Positions 19,511 through 28,495 are shown, numbered from the stretch's first letter. The stretch: DNA of 35,970 nt from Nevskiales bacterium (GCA_041620675.1 JBFKCG010000002.1:1-35970), one strand, 5' to 3'. A program made the numbers and translations. The notes: generated by a model not told the origin, from the sequence alone.

Positions 19511-20701
19511 CTAGGACGCTGATTCTGTCGGCGTGGCCAGGAACTGCCGTACCAGTTCGATGACCGTGCTGGCGATTTGGTCGGCTTCACTGTCCTTGAG
19601 GATCAGGGGTGGCAGTAGCCGTATTACGCGTTCGGCGGTCACGTTGATGAGCAAATGCTTTTCCATCGCCATGGCAACCAGTTCCGTGCAGGGGCGATCC
19701 AGCTCAATGCCAATCATCAGGCCCTTGCCCCGTACTTCAACAACCCCCTGCGTGCCAGAAAGCCCCTCACGCAGGCTGGACATCAAGCGTTCACCCAGGG
19801 CCGCCGCGCGCGCACACAGATCGTCATTGATGATGGTTTCGACGACGGCCTGCGCAGCCCTGCAGGCAATCGGGTTGCCGCCGAATGTCGAGCCATGGCT
19901 GCCAGGCGCAAACAGTTCCGCAGCCTCACCTTGTGCGAGGCAGGCGCCGATCGGGAAACCGCCACCCAGGCCTTTGGCAAGGGTCATGACGTCTGGGGTA
20001 ATCCCTTCGTGCTGGTGCGCAAACCAGCGACCACTGCGGCCCATGCCGCACTGGATCTCGTCGAGGATCATCAGCCAGTTCTTGCGCGTGCAGATATCGC
20101 GCACTTGTTGCAGGTAGCCTGTCGGAGGGACACGTACGCCACCTTCTCCTTGCACGGGCTCCAGCATGACCGCTGCGATATTGCGCTTGCGACGCAAGGC
20201 ACGCAGAGTGTCGATGTCCCCATAGGCAATGCGCAGGAAACCGCTAGGCATGGGTCCGAAGCCGGCTTGCGCCTTGGTATTACCGGTAGCTGCGAGTGTG
20301 GCCAGGGTGCGGCCATGGAAGGCGGATTCCATCACAACGATGATGGGGTCATGCAGCCCGCGTTTATGCGCGTGCAACCGTGCCAACTTGATGGCGGCCT
20401 CATTGGCTTCCGCGCCTGAGTTGCAGAAGAAGACGCGCTTCATCCCGGACAGCTCAGTGAGTTTTTCAGCAAGCTCTTCCTGAGCGGCGACCCGATAGAT
20501 GTTGGAGCAGTGCAGGAGGAGCTTGGCTTGGCGTGTTATGGCAGCCGTCAGCCGCGGGTGTGCATGTCCAATATTGGTCACTGCTATGCCTGAGAGGGCA
20601 TCCAGGTATTTATTGCCTTGCAGGTCCCACAACCAAGCGCCTTCGCCGCAAGCGAAAGTCAGCGGGAGGCGCTTGTAGGTATTCATCAAATACTCACTCA
20701 C
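19511..20701 (-). CDS. argD: Acetylornithine aminotransferase (class III aminotransferase)
   Basis: 396 aa with [43 protein letters not shown] and the PLP-lysine in [14 protein letters not shown]. It is immediately upstream of argF. Confidence 0.9.
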   Translation of the reverse strand: MSEYLMNTYKRLPLTFACGEGAWLWDLQGNKYLDALSGIAVTNIGHAHPRLTAAITRQAKLLLHCSNIYRVAAQEELAEKLTELSGMKRVFFCNSGAEANEAAIKLARLHAHKRGLHDPIIVVMESAFHGRTLATLAATGNTKAQAGFGPMPSGFLRIAYGDIDTLRALRRKRNIAAVMLEPVQGEGGVRVPPTGYLQQVRDICTRKNWLMILDEIQCGMGRSGRWFAHQHEGITPDVMTLAKGLGGGFPIGACLAQGEAAELFAPGSHGSTFGGNPIACRAAQAVVETIINDDLCARAAALGERLMSSLREGLSGTQGVVEVRGKGLMIGIELDRPCTELVAMAMEKHLLINVTAERVIRLLPPLILKDSEADQIASTVIELVRQFLATPTESAS

Positions 20702-20742
20702 GGGCTATATCCATTTCGGTGTCGGGGCCATGTTCTTTGGCT

Positions 20743-20776
20743 CCAAAGCAAGAAGCCCGGCCAGTAGCCGGGCTTC
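20743..20776 (-). terminator. Rho-independent terminator after the PuuD-N-like membrane protein gene
   Basis: A perfect 10-bp stem GAAGCCCGGC (20752-20761) / GCCGGGCTTC (20767-20776) with a 5-nt loop. On the minus strand it is followed by TTGCTTTGG. Confidence 0.7.
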
Positions 20777-20801
20777 CGAGCATAGCGAATTTTGCTAAGG
20801 C

Positions 20802-21326
20802 TTAGAAAGGCAGGCCGTGGCCGGCTGCACCCATGCACATCAGCATCGGGATGGACAGCAGGGTGTTGGTGCGAGAAGCGAGAAAAGCGATGCGCTTGCC
20901 GCGAGCCTTTTCCTCGTCAGTCGCTGGCACAATGCCGAGGATTTTCTTCTGGTTTTGCCAGATGGGTCCCCACACGTTCAGCAGCATGATGGTGCCGAGC
21001 CATGCGCCCACCCCAATCGTTGCAAAGTACAGTTTGGAGGGGTCCCCTTCAGGCAAGGTCAGGCCGAGGGTGAAAGCAGGCACGAAGCCTTTTGCCAGGT
21101 ATGCCGCACCGGTCAGCCACGTGGCCAAAGCGGCCCACCTGAACCAGAGCAGGGCGCGGGGGGCGACATACTTAGTGATGCCTGCACCGCCGGGTCCTTC
21201 CTTGTCGGCTGTCGCTGCGGCCAGCGCAGGAACCTGCACGAAGTTGAAGTAATACAGCAGGCCAATCCAGGTGATGCCCGCGAGTATGTGTGCCCAGCGG
21301 TCCAAAGCCAGAAAATTCAGGTCCAT
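20802..21326 (-). CDS. Integral membrane protein resembling the N-terminal membrane domain of urate hydroxylase PuuD (Urate_ox_N-like), with no cytochrome c domain
   Basis: 174 aa with about 4 TM helices. The N-terminal pattern LDRWAHILAGITWIGLLYYFNFVQ matches my recollection of the RW.H...GI.WIG..FYF signature of the PuuD membrane domain. Assignment is by motif memory only. Confidence 0.6.
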   Translation of the reverse strand: MDLNFLALDRWAHILAGITWIGLLYYFNFVQVPALAAATADKEGPGGAGITKYVAPRALLWFRWAALATWLTGAAYLAKGFVPAFTLGLTLPEGDPSKLYFATIGVGAWLGTIMLLNVWGPIWQNQKKILGIVPATDEEKARGKRIAFLASRTNTLLSIPMLMCMGAAGHGLPF

Positions 21327-21367
21327 ATCGTTATCCTTGGTTGTTTACTGGTGGCAGGAGGTGGCGC

Positions 21368-21463
21368 TCAGGCGCCGGCCAGTGCCCTGATGACAAATGC
21401 CAGCACGACGGACAGTACCAGCCCGGCGATGATCGTGCCCTTGATGGTTTCCAGAGGATTCAT
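21368..21463 (-). CDS. Candidate 31-aa single-TM micro-protein (too short for the ORF track)
   Basis: Manual translation gives ATG...TGA = MNPLETIKGTIIAGLVLSVVLAFVIRALAGA. GGGAGA lies 8 nt upstream of the ATG. The ORF ends 41 bp upstream of, and on the same strand as, the PuuD-N-like gene, which has its own AAGGA Shine-Dalgarno. Confidence 0.45.
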   Translation of the reverse strand: MNPLETIKGTIIAGLVLSVVLAFVIRALAGA

Positions 21464-21691
21464 CTTGAAGTTTCTCCCGTGTGGCTGAGGCCGTATGATC
21501 GGCCACTCAACTGTGGCCTTCTTAAAATGTCCGTAGAGCATAAAGCAGGCGAGGCTTGGGCATCAACTGGCGGTCACTAGATCCAATGACAATTTGCTTG
21601 CCCAAACATGATGTTGCGGCTGCGCGGTGTGAGGGTTGGGGTATAATGGGCGGATGCACCGGCTCCCCGGAAACGATGAATTGAGGCACCC

Positions 21692-22012
21692 ATGAACACA
21701 GAAGATCGGATCAAACAGGCCATCAGCGAAAACCCCATTCTCCTTTTCATGAAAGGCTCACCGGATTTCCCGCAGTGCGGGTTTTCGATGCGTACCAGCC
21801 AGGCGCTCCGGGCCTGTGATGCCCAATTTGCCCACGTAGATGTGCTGGCGGACCCGGAGGTTCGGGCGACTTTGCCAAGGGTATCGAACTGGCCCACATT
21901 TCCGCAGTTATTCATCAACGGCGAGCTGATCGGCGGCTGTGACATTGTGATGGACCTGTACCAGTCCGGTGAACTGAAAAAGCTTGTGGAAACCGCCGTT
22001 ACAGCCAGTTGA
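21692..22012 (+). CDS. grxD: Monothiol glutaredoxin (Grx4 family)
   Basis: 106 aa with LFMKGSPDFPQCGFS (CGFS active site) and WPTFPQLFINGELIGGCDI. Confidence 0.93.
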   Translation: MNTEDRIKQAISENPILLFMKGSPDFPQCGFSMRTSQALRACDAQFAHVDVLADPEVRATLPRVSNWPTFPQLFINGELIGGCDIVMDLYQSGELKKLVETAVTAS

Positions 22013-22032
22013 AACCAGCCTGGGCGATGCCT

Positions 22033-22707
22033 TCAGGCGTCATCACGACCATAGAATTTGACGCCTATCTCGATGCGTTCGCGGCCGGTATTGCGACGGG
22101 CGCGGTTCGTATCGCGCAGTGAATATACGCAACCACAGTATTCCTGCTGGTAGAACTGCTCACGTTTCGAGATTTCAATCATGCGGCCTGCGCCGCCCTG
22201 CTTGCGCCAGTTATAGGTCCAATAGACCATGTCCGGATAATGGCTGGCTGCGCGAGTGCCGCAGTCGTTGATCTGGTTCATGTCTTTCCAGCGCGAAATC
22301 CCCAGTGAGCTGGTGAACACGGAGTAGCCGTTTTCATGCGCGTACAAGGCGGTACGCTCAAATCGCATATCGAAACAGCTGGTGCAGCGAATGCCACGCT
22401 CAGGCTCCAGCTCCATGCCCTTGGTGCGTGCAAACCAATTGTCAGTGTCGTAATCGGCATCCACGAAGGGGATGCCCATTTCCTCGGCAAATCGGATGTT
22501 CTCGTTCTTTCGCAGCTCGTATTCCCGGCGTGGGTGGATATTGGGGTTGTAGAAGAACACAGTGAGCTCAATGCCGGCGGCAACCATCGCCTCCATCACC
22601 TCGCCTGAGCATGGCGCACAGCAGGAGTGCATCAACACCCTGCGTATGCCGCCTGGCGGTTGCAGGTCGTTGGGGCGGCTAAATTGTGCGAGATTATAGG
22701 GATTCAT
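22033..22707 (-). CDS. queH: Epoxyqueuosine reductase QueH (DUF208)
   Basis: 224 aa with [27 protein letters not shown] and the C-terminal [11 protein letters not shown], the Cys pattern of the QueH family. Confidence 0.85.
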   Translation of the reverse strand: MNPYNLAQFSRPNDLQPPGGIRRVLMHSCCAPCSGEVMEAMVAAGIELTVFFYNPNIHPRREYELRKNENIRFAEEMGIPFVDADYDTDNWFARTKGMELEPERGIRCTSCFDMRFERTALYAHENGYSVFTSSLGISRWKDMNQINDCGTRAASHYPDMVYWTYNWRKQGGAGRMIEISKREQFYQQEYCGCVYSLRDTNRARRNTGRERIEIGVKFYGRDDA

Positions 22708-22842
22708 GCCGGATTCAGCTGTCTAAGCTTATATAGGAACTGTAAAATTTTAGAGGGCCGGCCAAGACACTGCAAATATTCAGCTCGATAGCGGTCCGGC
22801 GGTGAGAATGGCTCGTAGATCAAGGCTTGTAATATTCTATTA

Positions 22843-23535
22843 ATGGCCTTTTTAACAAGGATATTAGCCAATATGCGGAAACTGACTCGATCCCTATTTC
22901 TGCTTAGCGCATTGATGGCCACAGCGACTGCGGTCAGCTCCGCTGAGGCAATGGAGACCCCTGCGCCACTGCCGCAAAGCGTCATGGATGCCGCGCCAGC
23001 AGGCTCTTCCTTCCAATTGTTGGGCTATGGGCGCTTTACCAAGCTGTTGTGGGATGTTTTTGATGCCAGCTTGTGGGTTCCAGGCACCGAGTGGAGCCTG
23101 GATGATCCCTTTGCCTTGGAGTTGCGTTACCTGCGTGACATTGACGGGGCCGATATCGTTGAGAGTACCCGCGATCAGCTGAAGCAGTTGGGATACGCGG
23201 ATCCAGCGCAGCTCAATGCCTGGATTGGGCAACTCGGCACGATTTTCCCGGACGTCAAAGAAGGAGATAGGCTGGTTGGCTTGCAGATACCGGGGCAGCA
23301 GACGCAGTTCTTCTATAACGGACAATCAATCGGCGTTATAAGCGATCCCGATTTTGGCCCTGCCTTCTTTGCCATTTGGCTTGGCCCAAAAACGAGTGAA
23401 CCGGCCTTACGCAACGCGCTACTGGGAAGCGGCTGTGCCAAACCCGAAACGGTAGCTCGTGCCGAAGTGAAGCCCTGCGGCGGTGTTACAATGCCCGCGT
23501 CGTCCACACGGCGGCCGGGCGTTAGACAGCCCTAA
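22843..23535 (+). CDS. Secreted chalcone-isomerase-like family protein
   Basis: It has a signal peptide (MRKLTRSLFLLSALMATATAVSSAEA; the alternative start ATG at 22873 is likely). The body has the L.GYGRFTKLLWDVFDASLW...FPDVKEGDRLV...FFAIWLGPKTSEPALRNALLG pattern recalled from bacterial Chalcone_3-type proteins. Confidence 0.65.
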   Translation: MAFLTRILANMRKLTRSLFLLSALMATATAVSSAEAMETPAPLPQSVMDAAPAGSSFQLLGYGRFTKLLWDVFDASLWVPGTEWSLDDPFALELRYLRDIDGADIVESTRDQLKQLGYADPAQLNAWIGQLGTIFPDVKEGDRLVGLQIPGQQTQFFYNGQSIGVISDPDFGPAFFAIWLGPKTSEPALRNALLGSGCAKPETVARAEVKPCGGVTMPASSTRRPGVRQP

Positions 23536-23574
23536 GCAAAAGATTTCAAGAATTCCTGCAGGAGGCTCGAGCAC

Positions 23575-25338
23575 ATGGGGTACAAGCATATCCGTCTGCC
23601 CACAGGCGGCCAGAAGATTACTGTTCAGGACGGCAAACTGGTTGTACCGGAAAACCCGATCCTTGGCTTTGTGGAAGGAGACGGCATTGGCCCCGACATC
23701 ACCAAGGCCTCGATGCGTGTTTGGGATGCTGCGGTAGCGAAAGCCTACGGCGGCAAGCGCAAGATTCACTGGTGCGAGTTCTACCTTGGTGAAAAAGCGG
23801 CCACCCTGTATGACGGCAACTATTACCCGGAAGAAGCGCTTGAGCTGATCAAGGACATCATCGTCGGCATCAAGGGCCCGCTGACCACGCCCGTGGGCGG
23901 TGGTTTTCGCTCGCTTAACGTGGCATTGCGCCAGGATCTTGACCTCTATGCTTGTGTCCGGCCCGTCCGTCACTTCGCTGGCGTTCCCAGCCCGCTCAAG
24001 GCACCGGAGAAGGTCGACGTGGTTATTTTCCGTGAAAACACGGAAGACGTGTATGCAGGCATTGAATTCAAGTCGGGTAGTGATGAGAACAAGAAACTGG
24101 CCAAGTTCCTGCGTGAGGAGCTCAAGGCGGAATTCTTCGAAGATGCAGGCCTGGGGGTAAAGCCCATCTCCAGCTATGGCTCCAAGCGACTGATGCGCAA
24201 AGCCATCCAGTACGCCATCGACCATGGCCGTGAGAGCGTGACCATCGTGCACAAGGGCAACATCATGAAGTTCACGGAAGGCGCCTTCCGGAACTGGTGT
24301 TACGAGGTGGCACGCGAAGAATTTGCGGAATGCACCATCACTGAAGACCAGCTGTATGACGAATTCGGTGGCAAGCAGCCGGAAGGCAAGATCGTCATCA
24401 AGGACCGCATCGCCGACATCATGTTCCAGATGATGCTGCTGCGCCCAGACGAGTTTGACGTGCTGTGTACCCCCAACCTCAATGGGGATTACCTGTCAGA
24501 TGCCATCGCTGCCGAGGTTGGTGGCGTGGGTATTGCACCGGGCGCGAATATCGCGGATCACATCGCGGTCTTTGAGGCGACACACGGTACAGCGCCGAAG
24601 TACGCCAATCAGGACAAGGTCAATCCGGGCTCATTGCTCTTCTCTGGCGTGATGATGCTGGAATATATCGGCTGGCAGGAGGCCGCCGACCTGATCACAC
24701 TGGCCTACCCTGAAGTGATCAAGTCCAAGATCGTGACCTACGACTTCGCTCGCCAGATCGCTGGCGCCACCGAGGTCAGCACCAGCAAGTTTGCCGATGA
24801 GCTGATTAATCAGATCAATGGCGGGCTGGATCTCGAGGCACTGCGCAAGCAGCAAGCAGAGCGCCTGGCCAAGGAACGCAAGCAGCGCGAGATTCGTCGC
24901 TTGTTGGAGCCAATGGAAGAAATGATTGCCTCAGGCCGTACGCCCCACACCGTGGGCGCGGTCATGACGCGTTCCCTGGTGACTGTTGCTGACGATGCCA
25001 CGGTTGACGAGGCAATGCACCGGATGCGAGAGGCTGATATCAGCTCGATCGTGGTGGAGCCAGGCAAGGACGGCCAGTGGGGCATCATGACGCGACGAGA
25101 CATCGTCACCAAGATCGTGCGTGACAACAAATCGACCAGCCAGACCAAGGTCAGCCAGATCGCGAGCAGGCCATTGGTCACCGTGCCCCCCGAAACCAGC
25201 CTCAATGAGGCAGCAGAACTCATCGGCCAAAAGAGCATTAGCCGACTGCTGGTCGAGGAGGGCGGCAAGATCATTGGCATCGTTACCGAGACGGATATCT
25301 TCCAGAGTGTTGAACGCTTCGGCTGGTTGCCGGAGTAA
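23575..25338 (+). CDS. icd: NADP-dependent isocitrate dehydrogenase fused to a C-terminal CBS-pair domain
   Basis: 587 aa. Residues 1-416 are colinear with homodimeric Icd ([22 protein letters not shown] with Ser113, [20 protein letters not shown]). Residues 459-587 form two CBS repeats. A strong Shine-Dalgarno GGAGG sits 9 nt upstream of the ATG. Confidence 0.93.
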   Translation: MGYKHIRLPTGGQKITVQDGKLVVPENPILGFVEGDGIGPDITKASMRVWDAAVAKAYGGKRKIHWCEFYLGEKAATLYDGNYYPEEALELIKDIIVGIKGPLTTPVGGGFRSLNVALRQDLDLYACVRPVRHFAGVPSPLKAPEKVDVVIFRENTEDVYAGIEFKSGSDENKKLAKFLREELKAEFFEDAGLGVKPISSYGSKRLMRKAIQYAIDHGRESVTIVHKGNIMKFTEGAFRNWCYEVAREEFAECTITEDQLYDEFGGKQPEGKIVIKDRIADIMFQMMLLRPDEFDVLCTPNLNGDYLSDAIAAEVGGVGIAPGANIADHIAVFEATHGTAPKYANQDKVNPGSLLFSGVMMLEYIGWQEAADLITLAYPEVIKSKIVTYDFARQIAGATEVSTSKFADELINQINGGLDLEALRKQQAERLAKERKQREIRRLLEPMEEMIASGRTPHTVGAVMTRSLVTVADDATVDEAMHRMREADISSIVVEPGKDGQWGIMTRRDIVTKIVRDNKSTSQTKVSQIASRPLVTVPPETSLNEAAELIGQKSISRLLVEEGGKIIGIVTETDIFQSVERFGWLPE

Positions 25339-25364
25339 CCAAGACCGCTTCAGGGGGATTTAAC

Positions 25365-26114
25365 GTGTCGGAGTTACAACGTGTCGCGCTGGTGACAGGC
25401 GGCAACCGGGGCATTGGCATTGAGATCTGTCGCGGGCTGGCCCAGGCCGGCCTGCGGGTCATCCTGACGGGGCGCGACGAGGCGCAGCTTCGTCAGGCGC
25501 AGGCTCAGCTGCGCAAGGACGGGGTTCATGTCACCACCATTGAGCTGGATGTCACTGACCACCGTATGCTCGTGCCACCCGCGGACCTCAATGTGTCCTT
25601 CATCGCGGATTGGGTACAGCGGCAGTTCGGGCGTCTTGATGTCCTCGTCAACAATGCTGGTATTGTGCCGGACACCCTGCCATACGGTGATCCAGCAGAC
25701 TCAATCCTCAACATGCCGGAATCTGCCCTAGACCTTGGCATGAAAACCCATTTCCACGGTCCGCTGTTGTTGTGCCGTGCCTTATTGCCGCTCATGCAGG
25801 CCAATGGTTATGGCAGGATCGTCAATGTCAGTACGCATATGGCACGCCTGACGGAAATGGGCGCAGGCTGGCCGGCCTACCGCGTGTCCAAGTTGGCACT
25901 CAACGCACTGACCAGGATTCTGGCCGCAGAGCTTGAAGGGCAGAATATCCTCGTGAACTCCATCACCCCGGGCTGGGTCAAGACCCGGATGGGCGGTGAA
26001 CAGGCTCCGCTATCCCCGGCACAAGGTGCGGAAGGCATCGTTTGGTTGGCGACCCTGCCTGATGACGGGCCATGCGGTAGCTTCTTCGAAGGGCACAAGC
26101 AAACCGCCTGGTAG
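25365..26114 (+). CDS. SDR family oxidoreductase (carbonyl-reductase-like)
   Basis: 249 aa with the cofactor motif VALVTGGNRGIG, NNAG, and the catalytic YRVSK. It has a GTG start with AGGGGG 8 nt upstream. Confidence 0.88.
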   Translation: MSELQRVALVTGGNRGIGIEICRGLAQAGLRVILTGRDEAQLRQAQAQLRKDGVHVTTIELDVTDHRMLVPPADLNVSFIADWVQRQFGRLDVLVNNAGIVPDTLPYGDPADSILNMPESALDLGMKTHFHGPLLLCRALLPLMQANGYGRIVNVSTHMARLTEMGAGWPAYRVSKLALNALTRILAAELEGQNILVNSITPGWVKTRMGGEQAPLSPAQGAEGIVWLATLPDDGPCGSFFEGHKQTAW

Positions 26115-26200
26115 CGCCCCTGTATACGGCTACGTTGTCACGCCACAGAAGTGCTGGCAGGGAGACTAGTCAAAATCATTGATGTTACAGTGGGATAGCC

Positions 26201-26220
26201 CATGTTAGAGTCCTAACATG
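26201..26220. promoter_or_regulatory. Candidate operator palindrome upstream of the response-regulator operon
   Basis: CATGTTAG-AGTC-CTAACATG has perfect 8-bp arms and a 4-bp spacer. It lies 38 bp upstream of the REC gene ATG (26258). No T-tract follows, so it is unlikely to be a terminator. Confidence 0.25.
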
Positions 26221-26257
26221 AGGGCTGGTGTGGCCAGTTACACTCGTTGGAGTAGTC

Positions 26258-26689
26258 ATGCACAACAGTGAAATCCTCTTGGTTGAGGACAATGCGGCCG
26301 ATGTCAGGCTAACGCAGGAGGTGCTCCGGAAGAGCAGCCTCCCTTGCACCCTCCGTGTGGCGCGTGATGGCGAACAGGCCATGCGCATGCTCCGGCGGGA
26401 GGGAGAACACAAGGACCTGCCGCTACCTGACCTGATCCTGCTTGACCTCAACCTGCCCCTGAAAGATGGGCGCCAAGTACTGGCCGAGCTCAAGCACGAC
26501 AAGGATTTGCGACTGATTCCCGTCGTAGTGCTGACGACATCGCGTGCTGAGAATGATGTCTCAACCTGCTACGGACTGCATGCCAACTCCTATCTGGTCA
26601 AGCCAGTGGACCTGTCAGAGTTCGAGCAAGTGATTGAGGATATCCAGCGGTACTGGTTCGGCCGGGTCCAGCTTCCGCTCTACGGCTAG
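26258..26689 (+). CDS. Single-domain response regulator (REC only, Rcp1/CheY-like)
   Basis: About 143 aa from the ATG at 26258 (GGAG upstream; the ORF track starts at a GTG at 26228). It has [11 protein letters not shown], the phospho-acceptor context [18 protein letters not shown] and NSYLVKP. Confidence 0.9.
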   Translation: MHNSEILLVEDNAADVRLTQEVLRKSSLPCTLRVARDGEQAMRMLRREGEHKDLPLPDLILLDLNLPLKDGRQVLAELKHDKDLRLIPVVVLTTSRAENDVSTCYGLHANSYLVKPVDLSEFEQVIEDIQRYWFGRVQLPLYG

Positions 26690-26762
26690 GGATTGGCCGA
26701 TTGTGCCGTTACAGCCACCTTCAGTAGAAGTCACCTCAGCCCCGTTCCTGGGCCCAGATTCC

Positions 26763-28487
26763 ATGCGCGTCCTGTTGGTTGAGGATGCCATTGCCGACGC
26801 ACGACTGATCCAGGAGAACGTGAATAGCAGTTCCTGGGGCAAGCGCATCGTACTCAAACATGTAACCAGCCTGGCCGGTGCAATCAGTGCGGCACGGCAA
26901 GAGCAGTTCAACTGTATTCTGCTTGATCTTGGACTGCCAGATGGTGAGGGCGTACAGAGTGTCGCTGTTCTGCGCGAAGTCTCACCAGACTCTGCCATTG
27001 TGGTCATGACCGGCCTTGACGACGAGAAGACCGCATTGGCTGCGCTAAAACTGGGAGCGCAGGAGTATGCCGTCAAGGGCATGTCCGCAGGCGAGTTGCT
27101 GGTGCGCCTGCTACGGCATGCGATTGAGCGGCACCAGATGCTCAATGAGCTGAACAAGTTACGTGAGCAGGAATATTTCCAGGCGACCCACGACATAATG
27201 ACCGGGCTGCCCAATCGCCAGCTTTTTGCTGACCGTGCGCAACAAATGGTGGAGCAGGGCCGACGACAGCAATCGCAACTGGCTGTCTGTTATATCGATT
27301 TGGATGGGTTCAAGCCTGTCAACGATAGCTATGGACACACAGTCGGCGATCACTTGCTGAAGCTCGTGGCAGAAGAACTGAAGCAGGCCATACGTACCAG
27401 TGATTCCGTTGCCCGACTGGGTGGTGACGAATTCGCCGTCCTGTTGGCACCATCCCAATCTGGACGCCTCGAGGCACAGCAGATCGCCCAGCGCATCATC
27501 GACCGTATACATGCAATATCCTCAGTGGATGGGCATCCAGTGAGAATTGGCGCAAGCATTGGCATTGCCATCATGCCCGAGCACGCCGATGACCTGGATA
27601 AATTACTGCATAACGCCGACTTGGCAATGTACGCGGCCAAGCAGGGTGGGCGCGGCTGTTACCGCTTTTACAATCCAGAATTGCAAGGTGAGCGAGACAA
27701 GAAAAGCCGGCTGCTCACGGAAATCGAGGATGGGATTAGCCAGGGGAAATTCTTCCTGCATTGGCAATCGTGGATTGATCTTCAGCAACGCGTCATTGCT
27801 GGACTGGAGGCACTGCCACGTTGGCATGGCGCAGGCGGCGAGATCAGGCACCTTCACCAGTTTGATGCTGAGGTCACAATCGAAGGGGCTAACGCCAAGA
27901 TCATGCAAAAGTTGCTCCCACAGGCCTGCAGGTCCTGGAACCAGTGGCGACGTGAGGGGCTTACCGTCGGCCATCTTGCCTATGGCATGAGCTTTCGTGA
28001 CCTGAGCGAATCACAGGCAGTCACGAATCTCGGTGCCATTCTGCTTGAACATGGGGTGCCCCCGGAGAAATTCCAGATCAATTTGCCCGGTGATGCCGGG
28101 ACGCTGAGGCGGGGCGGTCAGGTTCTGGTGCGTCGGGTTGCAGAACTGCGCAGCATCGGCTTTCGCGTGATGCTGGATAAATTTCGGGGTGACGGCGATG
28201 CATTGCGCGCGCTCTCAGGCATGCATGCCAGTGCGATTCGTCTCGACGGCGAGTTGGTCAATTATCTTGATGGGCCGCTACGCAATGAAACCGTGCCACA
28301 AATCGCACGCGTCCTCGATACCGCCTCCAGTTTCGGCATAGAAGTGATCGCTCAGGACGTAGAAACCAAGTCCCAACTGCAGTTACTCAGGAAGCTTGGT
28401 TGTCGCTACCTCCAGGGCTTCCTGCTGGCACGGCCGGGTGACACGCGACATACCGAGCATTTGCTGCGTGAGACAATCAACGTCTGA
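26763..28487 (+). CDS. Response regulator with REC-GGDEF-EAL architecture (intact GGDEF plus I-site; degenerate EAL)
   Basis: From the ATG at 26763 (MRVLLVEDAIAD). The REC domain has ILLDLGLPDGEG. The GGDEF domain has RTSD-x5-GGDEF (27393-27434). The EAL domain has EALPR, but DDFGTG reads DKFRGDG, KxD reads RLD and EGVE reads QDVE. Confidence 0.92.
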   Translation: MRVLLVEDAIADARLIQENVNSSSWGKRIVLKHVTSLAGAISAARQEQFNCILLDLGLPDGEGVQSVAVLREVSPDSAIVVMTGLDDEKTALAALKLGAQEYAVKGMSAGELLVRLLRHAIERHQMLNELNKLREQEYFQATHDIMTGLPNRQLFADRAQQMVEQGRRQQSQLAVCYIDLDGFKPVNDSYGHTVGDHLLKLVAEELKQAIRTSDSVARLGGDEFAVLLAPSQSGRLEAQQIAQRIIDRIHAISSVDGHPVRIGASIGIAIMPEHADDLDKLLHNADLAMYAAKQGGRGCYRFYNPELQGERDKKSRLLTEIEDGISQGKFFLHWQSWIDLQQRVIAGLEALPRWHGAGGEIRHLHQFDAEVTIEGANAKIMQKLLPQACRSWNQWRREGLTVGHLAYGMSFRDLSESQAVTNLGAILLEHGVPPEKFQINLPGDAGTLRRGGQVLVRRVAELRSIGFRVMLDKFRGDGDALRALSGMHASAIRLDGELVNYLDGPLRNETVPQIARVLDTASSFGIEVIAQDVETKSQLQLLRKLGCRYLQGFLLARPGDTRHTEHLLRETINV

Positions 28488-28495
28488 GGCGTAGC

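Noticed and set aside
19501-19590. 5' extension of the argF ORF (330 aa in the ORF track)
   Set aside because: The extension ([30 protein letters not shown]) overlaps the 3' end of argD and has no OTCase homology. The ATG at 19500 gives the canonical [11 protein letters not shown] start, 10 bp after the argD stop.
20817-21488. 223-aa ORF on the plus strand
   Set aside because: It is antisense to the PuuD-N-like membrane protein and the micro-ORF. The minus-strand genes have Shine-Dalgarno sequences, a terminator and a family signature, and this ORF has none.
22742-22757. A minus-strand string CCCUCUAAAAUUUUAC upstream of queH, resembling the 3' half of a preQ1-I riboswitch (CCCUCUAUAAAAAACUA)
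   Set aside because: No complementary AGAGG P1 strand occurs in the 10-20 nt upstream, so the aptamer hairpin cannot form. A covariance-model scan (Rfam preQ1 models) would confirm this.
23550-23577. Cluster resembling a cloning polylinker just before the icd ATG: GAATTC (EcoRI) overlapping CCTGCAGG (SbfI/PstI), then GGAGG, then CTCGAG (XhoI)
   Set aside because: It looks engineered, and GAATTCCTGCAG also occurs in common vector polylinkers. However, the flanks are continuous native sequence: the upstream gene's stop, a Shine-Dalgarno at proper spacing, and an authentic Icd N-terminus. A rough estimate is that three 6-bp palindromes within about 25 bp occur by chance several times in 36 kb. 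This is a post-hoc pattern. A vector screen (for example against UniVec) would settle it.
23419-24252. 277-aa ORF on the minus strand
   Set aside because: It is antisense to the icd coding region, which has unambiguous Icd motifs. No motifs are recognisable in this ORF.
25362-25386. 9-bp direct repeat AACGTGTCG occurring twice, 16 bp apart, at the SDR gene start
   Set aside because: It is short and spans the start codon and first codons. The second GTG is out of frame, and no regulatory logic is evident. It is probably coincidental.
26634-26762. 5' extension of the REC-GGDEF-EAL ORF overlapping the REC-only gene
   Set aside because: The first 43 residues are low-complexity and overlap the upstream gene's 3' end. 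The REC domain begins at MRVLLVED (ATG at 26763). A GTG at 26703 remains a possible alternative start.
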